Shown: positions 11,485-25,007 of the stretch, piece by piece
Layout of the letters: each line of letters begins with the position of its first letter
How positions within the stretch are numbered: the first letter of the stretch is position 1
From: Octopus bimaculoides
Taxonomy: Eukaryota
Direction: 5' to 3'
Assembly (NCBI RefSeq): GCF_001194135.2
Contig: NC_068986.1
Coordinates: 44,812,010-44,876,009, forward strand
Length of the DNA stretch: 64,000 nucleotides
The notes under the pieces: generated by a model
Told to the model about the DNA's origin: nothing
The model's database searches: none
Seen by the model: the letters and a program-made list of their open reading frames with translations, nothing else
Position numbers and translations under genes: made by a program

Positions 11485-11569
<85 letters not shown>

Positions 11570-11949
11570 TGTCTGTATATGTATATATATCTATGTGTGT
11601 GTGTGTGTGTACATATATACTATAGCCTGAGGCCGACTAAAGCCTTGTGAATGGATTTCGTACACGAAAACTGAAAGAAGACTGTCATATATGTGTATGC
11701 CTCTGTTTGTACCTCCACTATCGCTTCACAACCAATGTTGCTGCGTTTACGTCCACATAACTTAGCGGTTCGGGAAAGATACCAATAGAATAAGTACTAG
11801 GCTTACAGAGAGTAAATCTTAGGGTCGATTTCTTCGACTAAATGCGGTGCTCCAGCATGGCCGCAGTTACATGACTGAAACAAGTAAAATAAAAAAATTA
11901 AAAAAACTATGCTATTTTAATCCCGAGCAACGCCAGCTATCTCTGCTAG
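11190..11949 (+). mobile_element. Non-autonomous Helitron
   Basis: 5' TC(TATA) start and 3' CCCGAGCAACGCC..TCTCTGCTAG end (subterminal hairpin plus CTAG). Contains long (TA)n and a nested SINE. Confidence 0.75.
11620..11895 (+). mobile_element. SINE family 1 (5'-truncated) nested in the Helitron
   Basis: CTATAGCCTGAGGCCGACTAAAGCCTTGTG...GCGGTGCTCCAGCATGGCCGCAG...TGACTGAAACAAGTAAAA. Confidence 0.8.
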
Positions 11950-13534
11950 TCTATATATAAAAACATTCTTTGTTTGTAACATATGCATTCTCAAACGGCT
12001 CGACCAAATCAAATCAAATTTTACATTGTAATAGCATCAGACCCCTTAAGTGTCAACATGTATTTCTTTTTTTTTCTTTTCATTTGGATCAAAACAATAT
12101 AACATTGGCACTGATTCGGTATTACGTGTCAAAAGTGAAAGAATAACATCTATATTGTAATGTGATGTAGTTGTTTCACTTTTAATTCTGATGTGATAAG
12201 GCTATAATATTGCTTAATTCTAATGTGTTAACGCTAAAATCATCTTCTTTCTATTATATTTTAAATGAATGAATAATTTACATCCTAATGTGAACAACAT
12301 TACGCATCGGCAATTTTCCGTCCAAACGGCCACCACAGTGGAATGATGTGACTGAGAGAAGAGAAATGACACTTTCTCAAGATCAGCAAACGCATGCTGC
12401 AACACGTCAAATGGAGTCTCAAGACAGAAGTGAGGTGAGACTTTTTTCAAGACAGAAGCGAGATGAGACTTTCTCAAGATCAGCAATGGTATGCTGCAAC
12501 ACATCAGATGGAGTCTTAATACAGAAGGGAGAAGAGATTTTCCCAAGATGAGAAAATACATGCCGCAGCACGTCAAATGGAGTTTCAAGACAAAAGCGAC
12601 ATGAGACTTTCTCAAGATCAGCAAAGGTATGTTGCAGCAAGTCAGACGGAGTCTCAAGAGATAAGGGAGATGAGACTTTTTCTCAAGATCAGCAAATGCA
12701 TGCTACAGCAGTTAATTCCGGATCATTAAAACAACGTTTTAATGATTAGACAGAGGTCCAATTAAATAGGTCTCAGAAACAGACAACGTACAAATTCGTT
12801 CTTCTCAACTCCTGGAGCTGCTTTCAGATATGATCCATCCCATTCTTATAAAAATGATAATTTTGTCCAAATTGGTGTGCTAAACTCAAATTGTCGTTTC
12901 TGCAAAGCTTTAAAATTTCCAAATGAAACTAATGGCATGTGCTGCTCAGGCGACAAGATAAGATTACCAGCACTATCAGCTTCTCAACCAATTATGGATC
13001 TTCTGGAAGGCACTTCCATCTAGTTAAAGGATTTTGTGAACAATATCATACAATACAACTCTGCATTTTAAATGACATCGTTTGATGCATCTAAGATAGT
13101 TGAACATGGATTTACGCCGACGTTCAAGTTTATCATCTCATAGGTTCCCTGTTACCCACAAGTGAACAACAACAGTTCCTCCAAATTTTCTTTGAGTGAT
13201 GTAGAACAAACCCGAAGTAGGTGTCAAAACTTCAGACGATGGGTTGTGTTAGACGAAATGCCGACTGCCGCAAAGGAGAGTATATACACTAACAGCTTTC
13301 GGTTCTTTCAAAAATCAATTAACCCCCACCCCCAATTTTCCACGACAGATTAGGGCTTGAAATACTCCAAACGGACGCATGTCGCTTAGTTGAATTAGCT
13401 CATCATTTACTCCACAAATGTTTGGTCATCAACGCTGTACTTTTCCGTATCACCTGTAATATATATATACACATATATATATATACACAAACTATGCCAT
13501 TTTACTCTCGAGCAACGCCGGGTATCTCTGCTAG
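11950..13534 (+). mobile_element. Helitron internal-deletion derivative carrying degraded RepHel N-terminal coding sequence
   Basis: TC start directly after the previous CTAG, with the 5' 100 bp homologous to the 11190 copy. 12865-13180 encodes IG...CRFCKALKFPNETNGMCCSGDKIRLP and NI..YNSAF.MTSF..GF.PTFK..HLIGSLLP (Helitron Zn-finger/Rep N-region). Ends CTCGAGCAACGCCGGGTATCTCTGCTAG. Confidence 0.88.
12365..12712 (+). repeat. 69-bp tandem coding repeat (RLSQDQQxHAAxRQMESQDRxEM) of the Helitron ORF
   Basis: About five copies of GAGACTTTCTCAAGATCAGCAA...GATGGAGTCTCAAGA; two adjacent units counted at 69 bp (23 codons). Confidence 0.8.
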
Positions 13535-13989
13535 TGTACTCATATAGAAGCTTAGTAATCCTATTACTGCATGAAACTTCATCCTAAGAGCATGGAATGT
13601 ATTTTATTTATTTTTGATGTTCACACAGACTGAATATAGAAGCGCTTGACATAACAGGTACAAGCATAAGTAGAACCTATGCAAAATTTAGGAAAACTCC
13701 ATAAAACCCCATAACACATTTTTTTTTAATAAGAGTTTGCTTCAGAATTTATATTGGTGTACTGTGTTGAACACATTATCTCCACGTTGTAGTGTAGTAG
13801 AGTCCATCACACTACAAGCAATGAATAGATGCAAAATAAGAAAATGTTCAATTGTGATCGGGTGTTGTTAACTGTTTGCAGCAAAGTTGGGAGAGCCTTC
13901 AGAGTCAAAAGACTTTAGCCAAGGTCACAATGCAGTACTAATGACTGGAGTGTTAGCCAGATATCTGACATTCTAACAACTAGTTTATA

Positions 13990-14450
13990 TCCAAAGAGTA
14001 GGAAATTTAGCAAGAAAACAGTTGGAGATTCGAGTTCCCATACAACAGTTAAGATATACGAAATACAAACAAATGGTGAAAAGATGGATATACGTTTTAC
14101 AACAAAGATCAATTGGAATTGAACAACATAAATGGAGAACATCAGTTGCTGGATTTTCCCAATGGGGTATTGCTCCAAAGAAGAGATTTACGAACTCACT
14201 ACTCGTCTCTATTGCTACTGCTCAGTGTAGAGTAGGTTCATCAGACAATATCAGGGCATATCATGGTAAAACATGTCTCAGGTGCAGCCACTTGAAGAGA
14301 AAATAAACGTTGCAAACTCATACAAAATGAGTTTTTACAGAATATAATTTAGTCACCAATCCATTGCTCGCAGTTTAAAGAAACGAGTTTCTGGCAGCAG
14401 AATGGAGCATATGCCCCATTCTGCTGCCTGAAACTGCCTTCAAAAATATT
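13990..14450 (+). mobile_element. Highly degraded mariner-like transposase fragment
   Basis: Frameshifted remnants resembling TGDEKWI, WW..G and the (W)E..PH region; no TIRs found. Confidence 0.35.
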
Positions 14451-14899
14451 TCACTATAGGAAAAATAAAATGTAAAACAGTTTCTTTTTTTCCCCTTATA
14501 TTTTTACAATGAAGCATCAAACAGTTTTAATAACATTTCAATCACAAACTAACGAAAGTTGAGAACAAATGATTAGTTTTAAATTTATTTTATTTATATA
14601 TTTTCTGTTTTTGTAAAACAATTCTCCAATGAAGAAATGACATTTCATATAGAACGAGGAAACTTAAAACAAAATATGATCAATGTTAAATTCTTAATAG
14701 CCTTAACTTGTGTTTCTTGTTATATATATAATGTTATTAACTTTTTACTAATGTCGAGTTGAGGATCCAATTTGAAAAAATGTCAGTGAAAGAATAATTT
14801 TTATTGATTAAAAAGCAGTTTAAGTAGACAAAGGAAAGAAGTTGAAGTAGGAAAAAAATTATGGAAGGTATGTGATTGTTTAGAAGAAAAAAATTTGAA

Positions 14900-14960
<61 letters not shown>

Positions 14961-16415
14961 TAGTAGTAGTAGTAGTAGTAGAGCATATGCAATATTCAGG
15001 TGCCTTGTTTATTTCCTTTCTGAAATATGCTTGTAAAAAAATAGTAAGATGGTCATATAGTTTTCAGAAAGATTTCTCTTGCACTTGTTTCATAAAAAAT
15101 ATACAGTGTAACAGAGATTGAAAAGAAAGATTACTAGAGGGAAGCATAATATTATGCAATATGCAAGTTAGTCTAGAATAGAGGACAGAAATATGAGAAA
15201 TGTACAAGTTTAGGCAAGGAAATGTTGCCATTGTATTGGGTTAAGTGCCTACATACACATTTTCTTGATTAAATATCATATATTTATATGTATAATATAT
15301 ATAATTATTGTAACAAAATAAACTTATTTACAATGATTTTTTTCAATGAATTTTGTACAGCATACACAACCACTATATACAGATATTGTTGCCATTCTCC
15401 TTATCACCATGCCCTGTTAAGAATCAAGGCAAAATATACCAGAGCACAACTGAATCTCAACAATAATTGATTAGTATAATGACAAATCCTTCTTCTCTCA
15501 CACGCCTCATATGTATTATACATACATTGAAAGTATTTCATCCCAAAAGGGATTTTGTTTCTACCTGACATTCATTCACAGAAAACGGGATGGATGAAAA
15601 AAAAATGTGGGGGGTTGCAGATCTAATAAAAAAAAAAGTGGGAGGGTTGAATCTTTTGACCTACAACATAAATATTAACATAATAAATTTTCATATATAT
15701 ATATATATATATATGTGTGTGTATATATGTGTATATATACATATATATATAATTATAGTAACAGACATTAAATAAAACAAATATATATATATTGAGAAAA
15801 ATATAAAACAGATATAAAAAATGTAATGGAAGTTTATCCTGATGCTGGAATTTTAAGAAGCTAGATAGCAAATGTTCAAAGACTAATAGCCCAATTTGAT
15901 GAGAAAAGTACTTAAAATAGCTTCTTAGGTTTACAAACACACTCACACATATGCACAAAAAAAGTTGTTTTTTTTAATGTGGGATGGGGCATGGATATCA
16001 TTTGCCTAGATTTCAATGTCTCCAGACTATTGAATCGGAAGACTTTTTGGCAATTGATTTTTAAAAAGGTAAAAAACATCAAAGAGGAAAATGTACACAT
16101 TAAAAGAAAGAAAATATCCTACAGCATTGAAGAGTTAAATAATCTGAAGCTAGATAAAATTATTAGAAATTAACAGTTGTGGAAAATTCTAGTATATAAC
16201 CTAATAATTTGGTATTAATTTTTTAAATTCTTTTACTGCAATTATCTTTGTTAAATTTAATCTATGTTCTGGGAAATCAATAGAGTAAAATGAAAGGATC
16301 TAAATTTTGAAAAATACATTCTGATTAGTTAGTTACAGAGCAACCAGTAAATGAGTACATCAGTTGTTTAGACTCAGACCAGCCTTGATCAAGACATTCC
16401 AACCGTGATCATCTG

Positions 16416-16461
<46 letters not shown>

Positions 16462-19400
16462 CAATATAGNNNNNNNNNNNNNNNNNNNNNNNNNNNNNNN
16501 NNNNNNNNNNNNNNNNNNNNNNNNNNNNNNNNNNNNNNNNNNNNNNNNNNNNNNNNNNNNNNNNNNNNNNNNNNNNNNNNNNNNNNNNNNNNNNNNNNNN
16601 NNNNNNNNNNNNNNNNNNNNNNNNNNNNNNNNNNNNNNNNNNNNNNNNNNNNNNNNNNNNNNNNNNNNNNNNNAAAAAAAAAAAAAAAAAAAAAACTAAA
16701 ATAACCTGGTCCCAACCCCACAGTACAATTTAAATAATGTGTAATATTGCCCCCTCTCAAATCATTATTTTATTATTACTTAGTGAAAATCAAATTCATT
16801 TGACTACTTTGCCTCCAATCAGATAAAATTTAATTCATATATATGCATCTGCAATAAATTCATATATTTTTCTGGAAATGTATTAAATTTCAAATCAGAA
16901 AAGTAAGATAATAAAACATGTAGCACACATTACATATATATTTGAATAACACAGAAGTATGCACAAGTTTCTTACACTAACGAAGTCATATCTGGTTGCC
17001 CATCGGATCTCCATTTGATCATTCAGTAAATATATCTTTGCTATTTGGAATAACGTCACTATCAAATAATAGCTGTAGCTAACTCTCTCTGACTAGAATC
17101 AATGACTAATCACCTGGTTGTTTAAACTACAGCTACCAGTAGCAAAGTTTTTCTTCGGTGGGTTGTAACATTACAGGAATAATGCCGTGGAGAACACCAG
17201 TTAAAAGAAAATTAAACAAAGTATTTTAGTTGCAGTTTTTTTGTTTTTTTTTTAAACATGGTACTTTTTCTTTTCCATTTCATGTTTTGTTATACAAGAA
17301 ATTTGTTGAGCTTATTTGAGAGCTTTACAATATAAGATTTTATATTAAAATTCAAAGCTGAGTATTTTTTTTTGTTTTTGTTGTTTTCTTCAATGGTTAT
17401 TGGAAAAGAAAAAAGGTAAATAGACAAATCAAACCCTGTGAAATGAATAATTNNNNNNNNNNAAAAAAAAAAAAAAAAAAAAAAAAAATTAAATAAAGTA
17501 CAAAAATATGACACCATATAAATCACAGCTTAGAGTAGGGGGGTAGTGAAATTTCAGGGATGGAGGGAAGAGCAATTATGATACTTTTTTTTAAATATTT
17601 ATCTTTAGCTTTGACCAGACATTCAACATGCAATGTCCAAACAGCTATTCTTGTTTCTTCTTCAGACAACTTGCTTAAATACAAGCTTCTTTTCATCAAT
17701 ACAAGTTTTAATGTGATATTTTTTCAACAGAATTCTTTATTTTCACTATACACACAATATATTTTTTTTAAATCATTCCACCCCAGAACTTTCCTTCTAA
17801 TTATTGTTTGAATAAGCTTAAATAGCAAATTCTCAAATGCAACATTAAGGTTGTAATGAAGTAGTAGCCATATGAAATAAAATTGGCTAACGGACAGAGT
17901 GAGTCAAGAAATGAAGTCGTACTCATGATTGATGGTTATAAAAATTATAATAACCAAGTGTTTCTCACAAAGTACTCATCATATTTATGTCTTGACTTGC
18001 CTTGCTTCTTGCAAAGGGAGTGGGGATAAAGAAAGTTTCAACACAACAAAATATAGAGAACATAAACACTTCCAGTTCTTATCTTCCCTCCCACCTAATG
18101 AGGTCGAACACAAAATTTACATTTGCTATAACGAGCATTCTTTTGTTTAGTTTTTTTACATAAATATGAGCTCAATTTGAAAATTTAAGAATGTCCCAGT
18201 ATCAGCATGAGGATTGCGCATATTTAATAATCTCAAACGTATTTTCTCTTTTTGAATTTTAAATCATTATTAATTAACCCCACTGTTTTGATGTCACCGA
18301 TAATAAAATTCATAAATGTAAGTATTGTATAGGCATCTACAGACCCACACATGTACATACTGCATATGGTAATGACTAATAAAGATTTTAGTAAAAAGTA
18401 TTTTTTGAGTGAGAGTAAGTGAGCAAGCGTATAGTTAGGTGACAAGTAACTAGTATTTAACGAGAAGTTATAGCTGACAAAAATCATAGTATGACTGATA
18501 AGCGGTATGAAAAAAAAAAAAAAAAAAAAGGAACAATTACACAGATAGACGTGCTATGTATTGACATAGGATAGGGGGAGGGGTATTAAAGATGTGTTCG
18601 TCAAATAAAGACAGCATGTTTTTTTTGTTTTTTTTAGCTCTTTTATAAATATGTGACCATATATTTTTGCTTCATATTTTGTCATTAAAAAAATTTATTT
18701 TTTTTAATAATAAAAAAAAAAAGCCCAAAGTTTCATTTATGTGAATGTCATTTAATGAAAGGACCAATAACAGTAACAATAAAAAAAGCCAAATTTTTCA
18801 TTTTTCTGCATTTTGTAAAAAATAGACTTTAAGAGCAATCTTAGAGGAGAATGTGTATAAATTATGTGCATGTTATATATTATATGTATAAATATGCCCC
18901 ACACAAACAAATGATAAATTGTGATAAAATACATAGATTCCCTCATTTCAAAAAGAAAAAAAATACTAGTCATCAATAGTAAATCCAGATGATTTAGAAA
19001 GAAGTTTGCTTTTTTTTTTTTTTATTATTTTCTCTCAATAATTTGCTAATATTTATTAACTAGGCACAAGGCCAATTTTATTAGAGGTTATAGTTGATTG
19101 AAATGACCCCAATGGAGCTCACCTGGCTGTTAAGATACAAGCTTAGCAATCAGTGTCAATTTTTGCATTTCGTTACGATACCAGGTCACTGGAAATGACA
19201 ATTTTAAATGTTCCAGCCACCTAAATGTAGAACAGGTACCATATGGAACACAAAGCACCAGGTTGCATGTACTTTGCTAAATTAATGTTACGTTAGTTTG
19301 CAGTGCAAAAATCCAAATCCTCCCATTAGAATGATCTGGAATCTCAATTTGAATTAATGTTTTCGAAATTGAAATGAAAGTGACCATATTTAGTTAATTG

Positions 19401-19879
19401 TGATGGATAAAAATGAAAATAAATTAGTTCTTAAAACATGACCTCGTAGAAACGGTCTTATATCCATGTCTGGAATTCAACTCTTTGTCCTTCTTTTTCA
19501 GCAGAAAGTAAGATAGATTGGATGTGTCAGCCAAAAATTCAATTAGGAATTATTGCCACTAGTGGAAATTAGCTCAATGTGTGTATGTATGCATTACACA
19601 TACACGCACATAACTACATAGATGCATATAGACATGTATAATATGCACATATACATACTTATGAATAAGCCCTAAAGTGAAACAAAGTCCCAACATTTTA
19701 TAATACATACACATTTTCGTTAATTATAATGTGTATAAGTTTTAATTAATCTTAATACTGAAAATTAGAAGTAGAATAGAATTATTAAGAAGAATTTTTA
19801 CTTTAATCAACATTGTATTTGAGTCACTATAAAATGTTCTATGGGTAACACCTATCAAATGCTGCTACACAATAAAACT

Positions 19880-19915
19880 TGACAATATCAAGCTGAATAT
19901 TACAGTTTATTTATT
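19880..19915 (-). terminator. Candidate polyadenylation signal/site of the SERTA gene (3'UTR about 4 kb)
   Basis: Minus strand reads AATAAATAAA (19915-19906), about 20 nt, then TGTCA followed by U/GU-rich GTTTTATTGTGT. Other AATAAA hexamers exist closer to the stop codon, so the site is not unique. Confidence 0.35.
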
Positions 19916-20020
19916 TTTCCTAAGGGTTTTTACAAAGACACAACCTAAAACAATAATGTTAGCAATTATAATTACCTAAATTTTTTTTAATTTTACCTAA
20001 ATATGAAAACTGGTATTAGA

Positions 20021-20064
<44 letters not shown>

Positions 20065-21051
20065 CATAAAGGCATTTGCATTTTGCCAAATAATGCTACA
20101 TAAACTGTAGAAGTTAAATGTACTTTTTACAGTGCAAATAGTTTAGTACAAACAATATATGAAGGTTATAACTTCCTTTTGAATGTTTGCTATTGTACTG
20201 TTTATTCTAAGAGTTTCAAATCTAATAATATATTTTTTTATCTTTTTCTTTCTTTCTTGGAATAAATTAAATTCGTAACTCTTTTGAAAAATCAGCACAA
20301 TTTGAAGAAAAAGTGACAGCTTGACAATCTAACTTATATGGAAAACAATGAGCTTACAGTGACATTTAATCGATTACAATTGACTTCAATTCTGATTAAA
20401 TTCAATTACACATACCTGTGTAGATAGGACACAAGGCACTGAAATAACTTAGCCCTAATCTTAGCAGAAAAAAGATTAAGATTAAAAAGATGACAGCATG
20501 TGAAAGAGCCCACAGCAGCATAAACTATAGGGGTTGGGGGAATATATAATATATATATATATTTACAATGATAAAATTGTAGTTTGTGCTTTCCTTTTTT
20601 TAAAAAAAAAAAAAAAAGTTTTCAGGGGCCCATACAATGAAACTGGATTGAGGCAATTTTAGTAAATAGTATCTCTCCTTTGTTAAGATCCTTCATCAGT
20701 GTGCATAGATGTATGTGTGTATGTGTATGTGTGAAAACGGGAATCAAAAGACTGATCTTGGATGAGATGACAGCCATTAGCAACACTTGGAACAATTTAA
20801 CCAAAACAAAAAAAAAATTTTTTTTTTTTAACTTTTATACACACAAACCACAGTTTTTCAGACAACTGTTGTAATTAAAAATTCAAATTAGAAGCAAAAA
20901 GTGTTGATGGGATGGAATAAAATAATTTTTTGTCTTGCTTTGATTTTTTACCAAATAACAGGAAAATTTGTGTATATGCACGTGTCTAACGAATGCATAT
21001 GTGTGTATTTATATACACATATCAATATGTATGTATATATATATATTTATT

Positions 21052-21092
<41 letters not shown>

Positions 21093-22407
21093 ATGAATCT
21101 AGCTATATGTAGATATGTGCATGTGTGTCTGCATATGTTTGTGAATAAGTTAATACAAAAATGAAAAAGAATATGCCTGTGGAATTTGTTTCATATTTAT
21201 AAGAACTTTTTATTACGTAATTTTGTATTTAAGAATAAAAAACAAACAAAATTCAACAAATTTTATAAAATTTGACAATTTTTTTTCCTTCCCAGATTAA
21301 AATTGCCATCAGAGCTTTGATACAAGGTTTTATTTATTTACTTTTTTTTTAAATATAATTTTGATTTTATTTGTAACTGTATAAAGATTCGAACCATAAT
21401 TAGTAATTAACAGTAATTTATGGAATTTTTTTTGTTTTTAAATAACTATGCTCTTCATATTTTTATTATATGTCCTTGCCATTAAAAACCATTTGAAATA
21501 AAATAAAATATTAAACTAGACAGCAAGCAATAGAAAAATTTAACAATTGTTATAATAATAATGATAATAACGAAGTTAAAATCTTGAGATATCTTTCTAA
21601 TGAAAAGCAAATCTAGAGAGACAAAGGGAGAAAGAAAAAAAAAGTGCTACATTTATTTTTGTAATCCTTAAAGAGAAGGGGAATGGGGAGTCTGTGTCGC
21701 TGTGGTCGACAAAATCAGAGTCCATATCAAATTTAATTTTTGTTAGATTAAACTGTATTTTTTGTTTTTTTTTCTTTTAATTAAAAAAAATTTTTTTTTT
21801 AATATTTCCATGATATAAGAGGAGCTCTTTGGCAGTCAGTTATCACAAAACAGGAAGAGAAAATAATTTTAATATATATATATATATATATACACATATA
21901 TATACACACATATATATATACACATATATATCGATGTGGCATTGTTTGTTGTTCATTTTTCTTTTTTTTAAAGTTTTTTATATTTTATAATCATTATTAG
22001 GGTGGGTTGTATGTAAGACGAGCTTCTTTGTTTTTCATACCAAAGATATTCAGTTGCTGGAGTGGAGGCAAAGGATGCTAAAGAGAAAACAGAGCAGTAG
22101 TATTATCAATAATTACATTGGTAGCTGTAAATAGTTCTTCCAGTAGAAGTTACATTTAATAACTCCATCCAAGGCACTAACTGCATAGAAAAAGGACCCT
22201 TTTTAGTCTTTTTTTATTTTTCTTTTACTGTCTTTTTTTTTTTTTTCTTCTTGTGTATTTCCCAAGCTGGAAATTTGAATTTTCTGCTTTGGTTGGTTGG
22301 TTGGATTCAAGCTCTCTAATTCTTACCTCTGTTTATTTCATGAGATGGTGACAGAAATAGCATCAGATCCTGTTTAGTTTTATTTGGATTTCTCCATCCA
22401 TGTAATT

Positions 22408-22443
<36 letters not shown>

Positions 22444-23852
22444 GTACATACATATACATATATATATTCACACACACACACATTTTTTTTCCCAATTATT
22501 TTGCCTCTGTCCTCCTCCAAATTATGCCATTACAAGCATAAAAAGAAATAAAATTCTGAATTTTAAAACAATTTGACCTTGTATATCACAGCAATATCCA
22601 CACTGGACACTGTTCAATATTAGGCTCAGCCTATTCATCTCCATGCACACACGCAAACACACAAATATTCTATATACATATGTACATATATGCACTTGCA
22701 TGTGAAAACGTGCACTTATACACACTCGGATACACATTCAACCAAACATACATGAAAACCATATTCAGTGGCTCTGATAATACAAGTGAATGTAGATGGT
22801 GTTCAAATCATCATAGTGGATCACACATTAACAATCTGCTGCCATCAAGTACATATATAGAAAATAGTTTTGTGGCTCTGTTGATGTTTTTGATTACATT
22901 TTTTTTTTCTGTCAGATATATATAAACTAGGTTTTAGGGGGAGTTTAGGTTTGTTATTGTTATATGACAATTTTTATTCTCTAAGTTTTAATAAATAAAC
23001 ATTACGGCCAATAATGGCAACATTTTGAAAAGGATTTTTTTATAATTATTTTAAATTTTTTTAAAACAAATATTCAACATACCCTCAAACCACCTTAGTG
23101 CTAGAGTTATCTCCCTTGCTCATTCGTCCCTTTTTTTTTCTTTTTCTCTCGCTATCTCTCAGCCATACACACGCACACCATCATACATGCAAAAATGTAG
23201 GCCCGCGGTCATAACAGCTCAAACTTTCTTGGCTTGGTTAAGTGGTAATGGGGATACAATAATGGTAATATATTTTTTTTAACTAACTGGAATGGCATTG
23301 GCTTATAATTTACATTTTTAGAAAAGTGTATGTACATGTCTTGTGTGAGCATGTATACATACACACATGCATACATATAAATATATACACACATACAAAC
23401 ATGCATATTGTCTGTGTGTATGTGTGTATATATATTTATATATACACATATTTAAATGGAAGAAACTTGATCCTTCCTTAATAACCTTTGGTTTAGATTC
23501 AGGGGAATTTGAAAAGTGATCCCTCAACCTAAAAGAAATTGGTCAGTAACATACTTTTGCTGATAGAAGATATTACAGGGACTCTACTAATTATTTTGAA
23601 TTAAATTAAATATTAGATTTTGGTAAATAAAAAAAAAAAGGTGGGGAGGGGTTAATCTCAGTAGAGATTATTTTAAAATATAAATAACTTAGGGAAAATT
23701 ATACACTTAATTTCGAAGAAAGATTTCCTAGTGTAATAGCAAATAATTACTGAAACTCAATTTTGATTAATTTAAAATAGCTACAATAATAATGAAAATA
23801 TAATGAAAAAGAAAAAAAGAACTGATAAGTTATAACACCATCAGGTCTGGTG

Positions 23853-24710
23853 CTAAATTTCTATAAGTATCTGCATTATATTGTCTAAGTCTTCTAGAAC
23901 ATCTGTTCTACAATATGAACTGCACTGAGTGTTTATTAGTGATGTATAGGTAGGTGTCTCAGCTGTTGCTGAGGATGGTGATGTTGGAGAGGACAGGTTT
24001 GTGGTGGTCACACCTGGAAATGTATGCAAAACTTCCTCGGCACTAAGTGGTGTGAGCTTACTGCTCGAATTGGCCAGTGCCACAAAATCTACATCAAAGG
24101 GCGATAAATCAATATCCCCAAAAATGTCATCAGCTTTTTGAAGTGGACTAGAAGGACTTGGGATCTGGGCAATGCTAACACTGCCTTCAAAAGTCGATAG
24201 CCTATCTAGTGAAGTCATAAGGGGGACAACAGAACTGGAGGAACTGTCCCCATTGACTGACCGAACAGTTGGCGATACAGCAATGTTAGTCTCTCCAGTC
24301 TCTGTCATGTCCATATGTTCAGATGTTGTATAGTCTAAAGGGCGAAGGCCAGTAATACTATTCACAATATCATGATTTCCTTTGTCCTGACTATCAGAAG
24401 AGTCAGTAGGTAGATGATCGAGAAAACAGTCAGAAGAATCCATATTGGTATAAGAGAAATTCGAATCCATCGAGGGCATCATTGGTATAGTGATGCCTTC
24501 ATCATGCAACTCCTGTTCTATATGCTTTAAGGTATTTCGAATGAGGACATTCCGATAAAGTGGTGGCTCAACGCGCCGTTCTGGTATTGTGCATAACTTC
24601 TGCATTGTGATATTTAATATAGACTGACGTTGCTTGCCATAACATTGAAGATCCACAGAGGCTTCAAGGTCATCAAACTTTCGCTTCACTCCCATTGTAT
24701 CTAGCTGCAT
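23853..24710 (-). CDS. SERTA domain-containing transcriptional co-regulator (TRIP-Br / SERTAD2 / CDCA4 / taranis family), 285 aa, single coding exon
   Basis: The only long, non-degenerate ORF in the window. It has an N-terminal MGVKRKF basic motif (cf. CDCA4 GLKRK, SERTAD2 GKRKF), a SERTA domain QRQSILNITMQKL...EPPLYRNVLIRNTLKHIEQEL (24507-24632), an S/T/D-rich middle and the family acidic C-terminal motif EDLDNIMQILIEI. The track ORF starts at 24767, but an acceptor ttttattgttgcag|GTTGTG at 24719/24718 makes the first 19 codons probably intronic. Candidate starts are ATG 24710 and ATG 24695. Orthology to one vertebrate paralogue cannot be assigned, so no symbol is given. Confidence 0.93.
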   Translation of the reverse strand: MQLDTMGVKRKFDDLEASVDLQCYGKQRQSILNITMQKLCTIPERRVEPPLYRNVLIRNTLKHIEQELHDEGITIPMMPSMDSNFSYTNMDSSDCFLDHLPTDSSDSQDKGNHDIVNSITGLRPLDYTTSEHMDMTETGETNIAVSPTVRSVNGDSSSSSVVPLMTSLDRLSTFEGSVSIAQIPSPSSPLQKADDIFGDIDLSPFDVDFVALANSSSKLTPLSAEEVLHTFPGVTTTNLSSPTSPSSATAETPTYTSLINTQCSSYCRTDVLEDLDNIMQILIEI

Positions 24711-25007
24711 ATCACAACCTGCAACAATAAAATTGACAGAATTAGGAAGACGTAACAATGGTATCAAAGTGGTAATTCAAAATTAATGAAATCAACACTA
24801 CCTTGAAATTTTAATACAAAAATTATCTAGCAGGGTAATCCAACACTAATACAGTAAATACATTTCATATTAAATTAAATATTTTCATAATTTTAACTAC
24901 GTAAATTGAATTTTAAACATTAACTTATATTTCCTAGCAGATATCATGAAAGGAAATAAAGAAAACATGAAAATTGAGATATCGTCAGGTTGCCCTACAC
25001 TCATTAA

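Noticed and set aside
12340-12720. Regularly spaced repeats superficially like a CRISPR array
   Set aside because: Contiguous 69-bp tandem units without unique spacers, inside a eukaryotic Helitron ORF; no cas genes.
24711-24767. N-terminal 19 codons (MIPLLRLPNSVNFIVAGCD) of the 304-aa track ORF
   Set aside because: A strong acceptor at 24719 lies inside them, and they have no resemblance to SERTA-family N-termini; most likely intron plus UTR.
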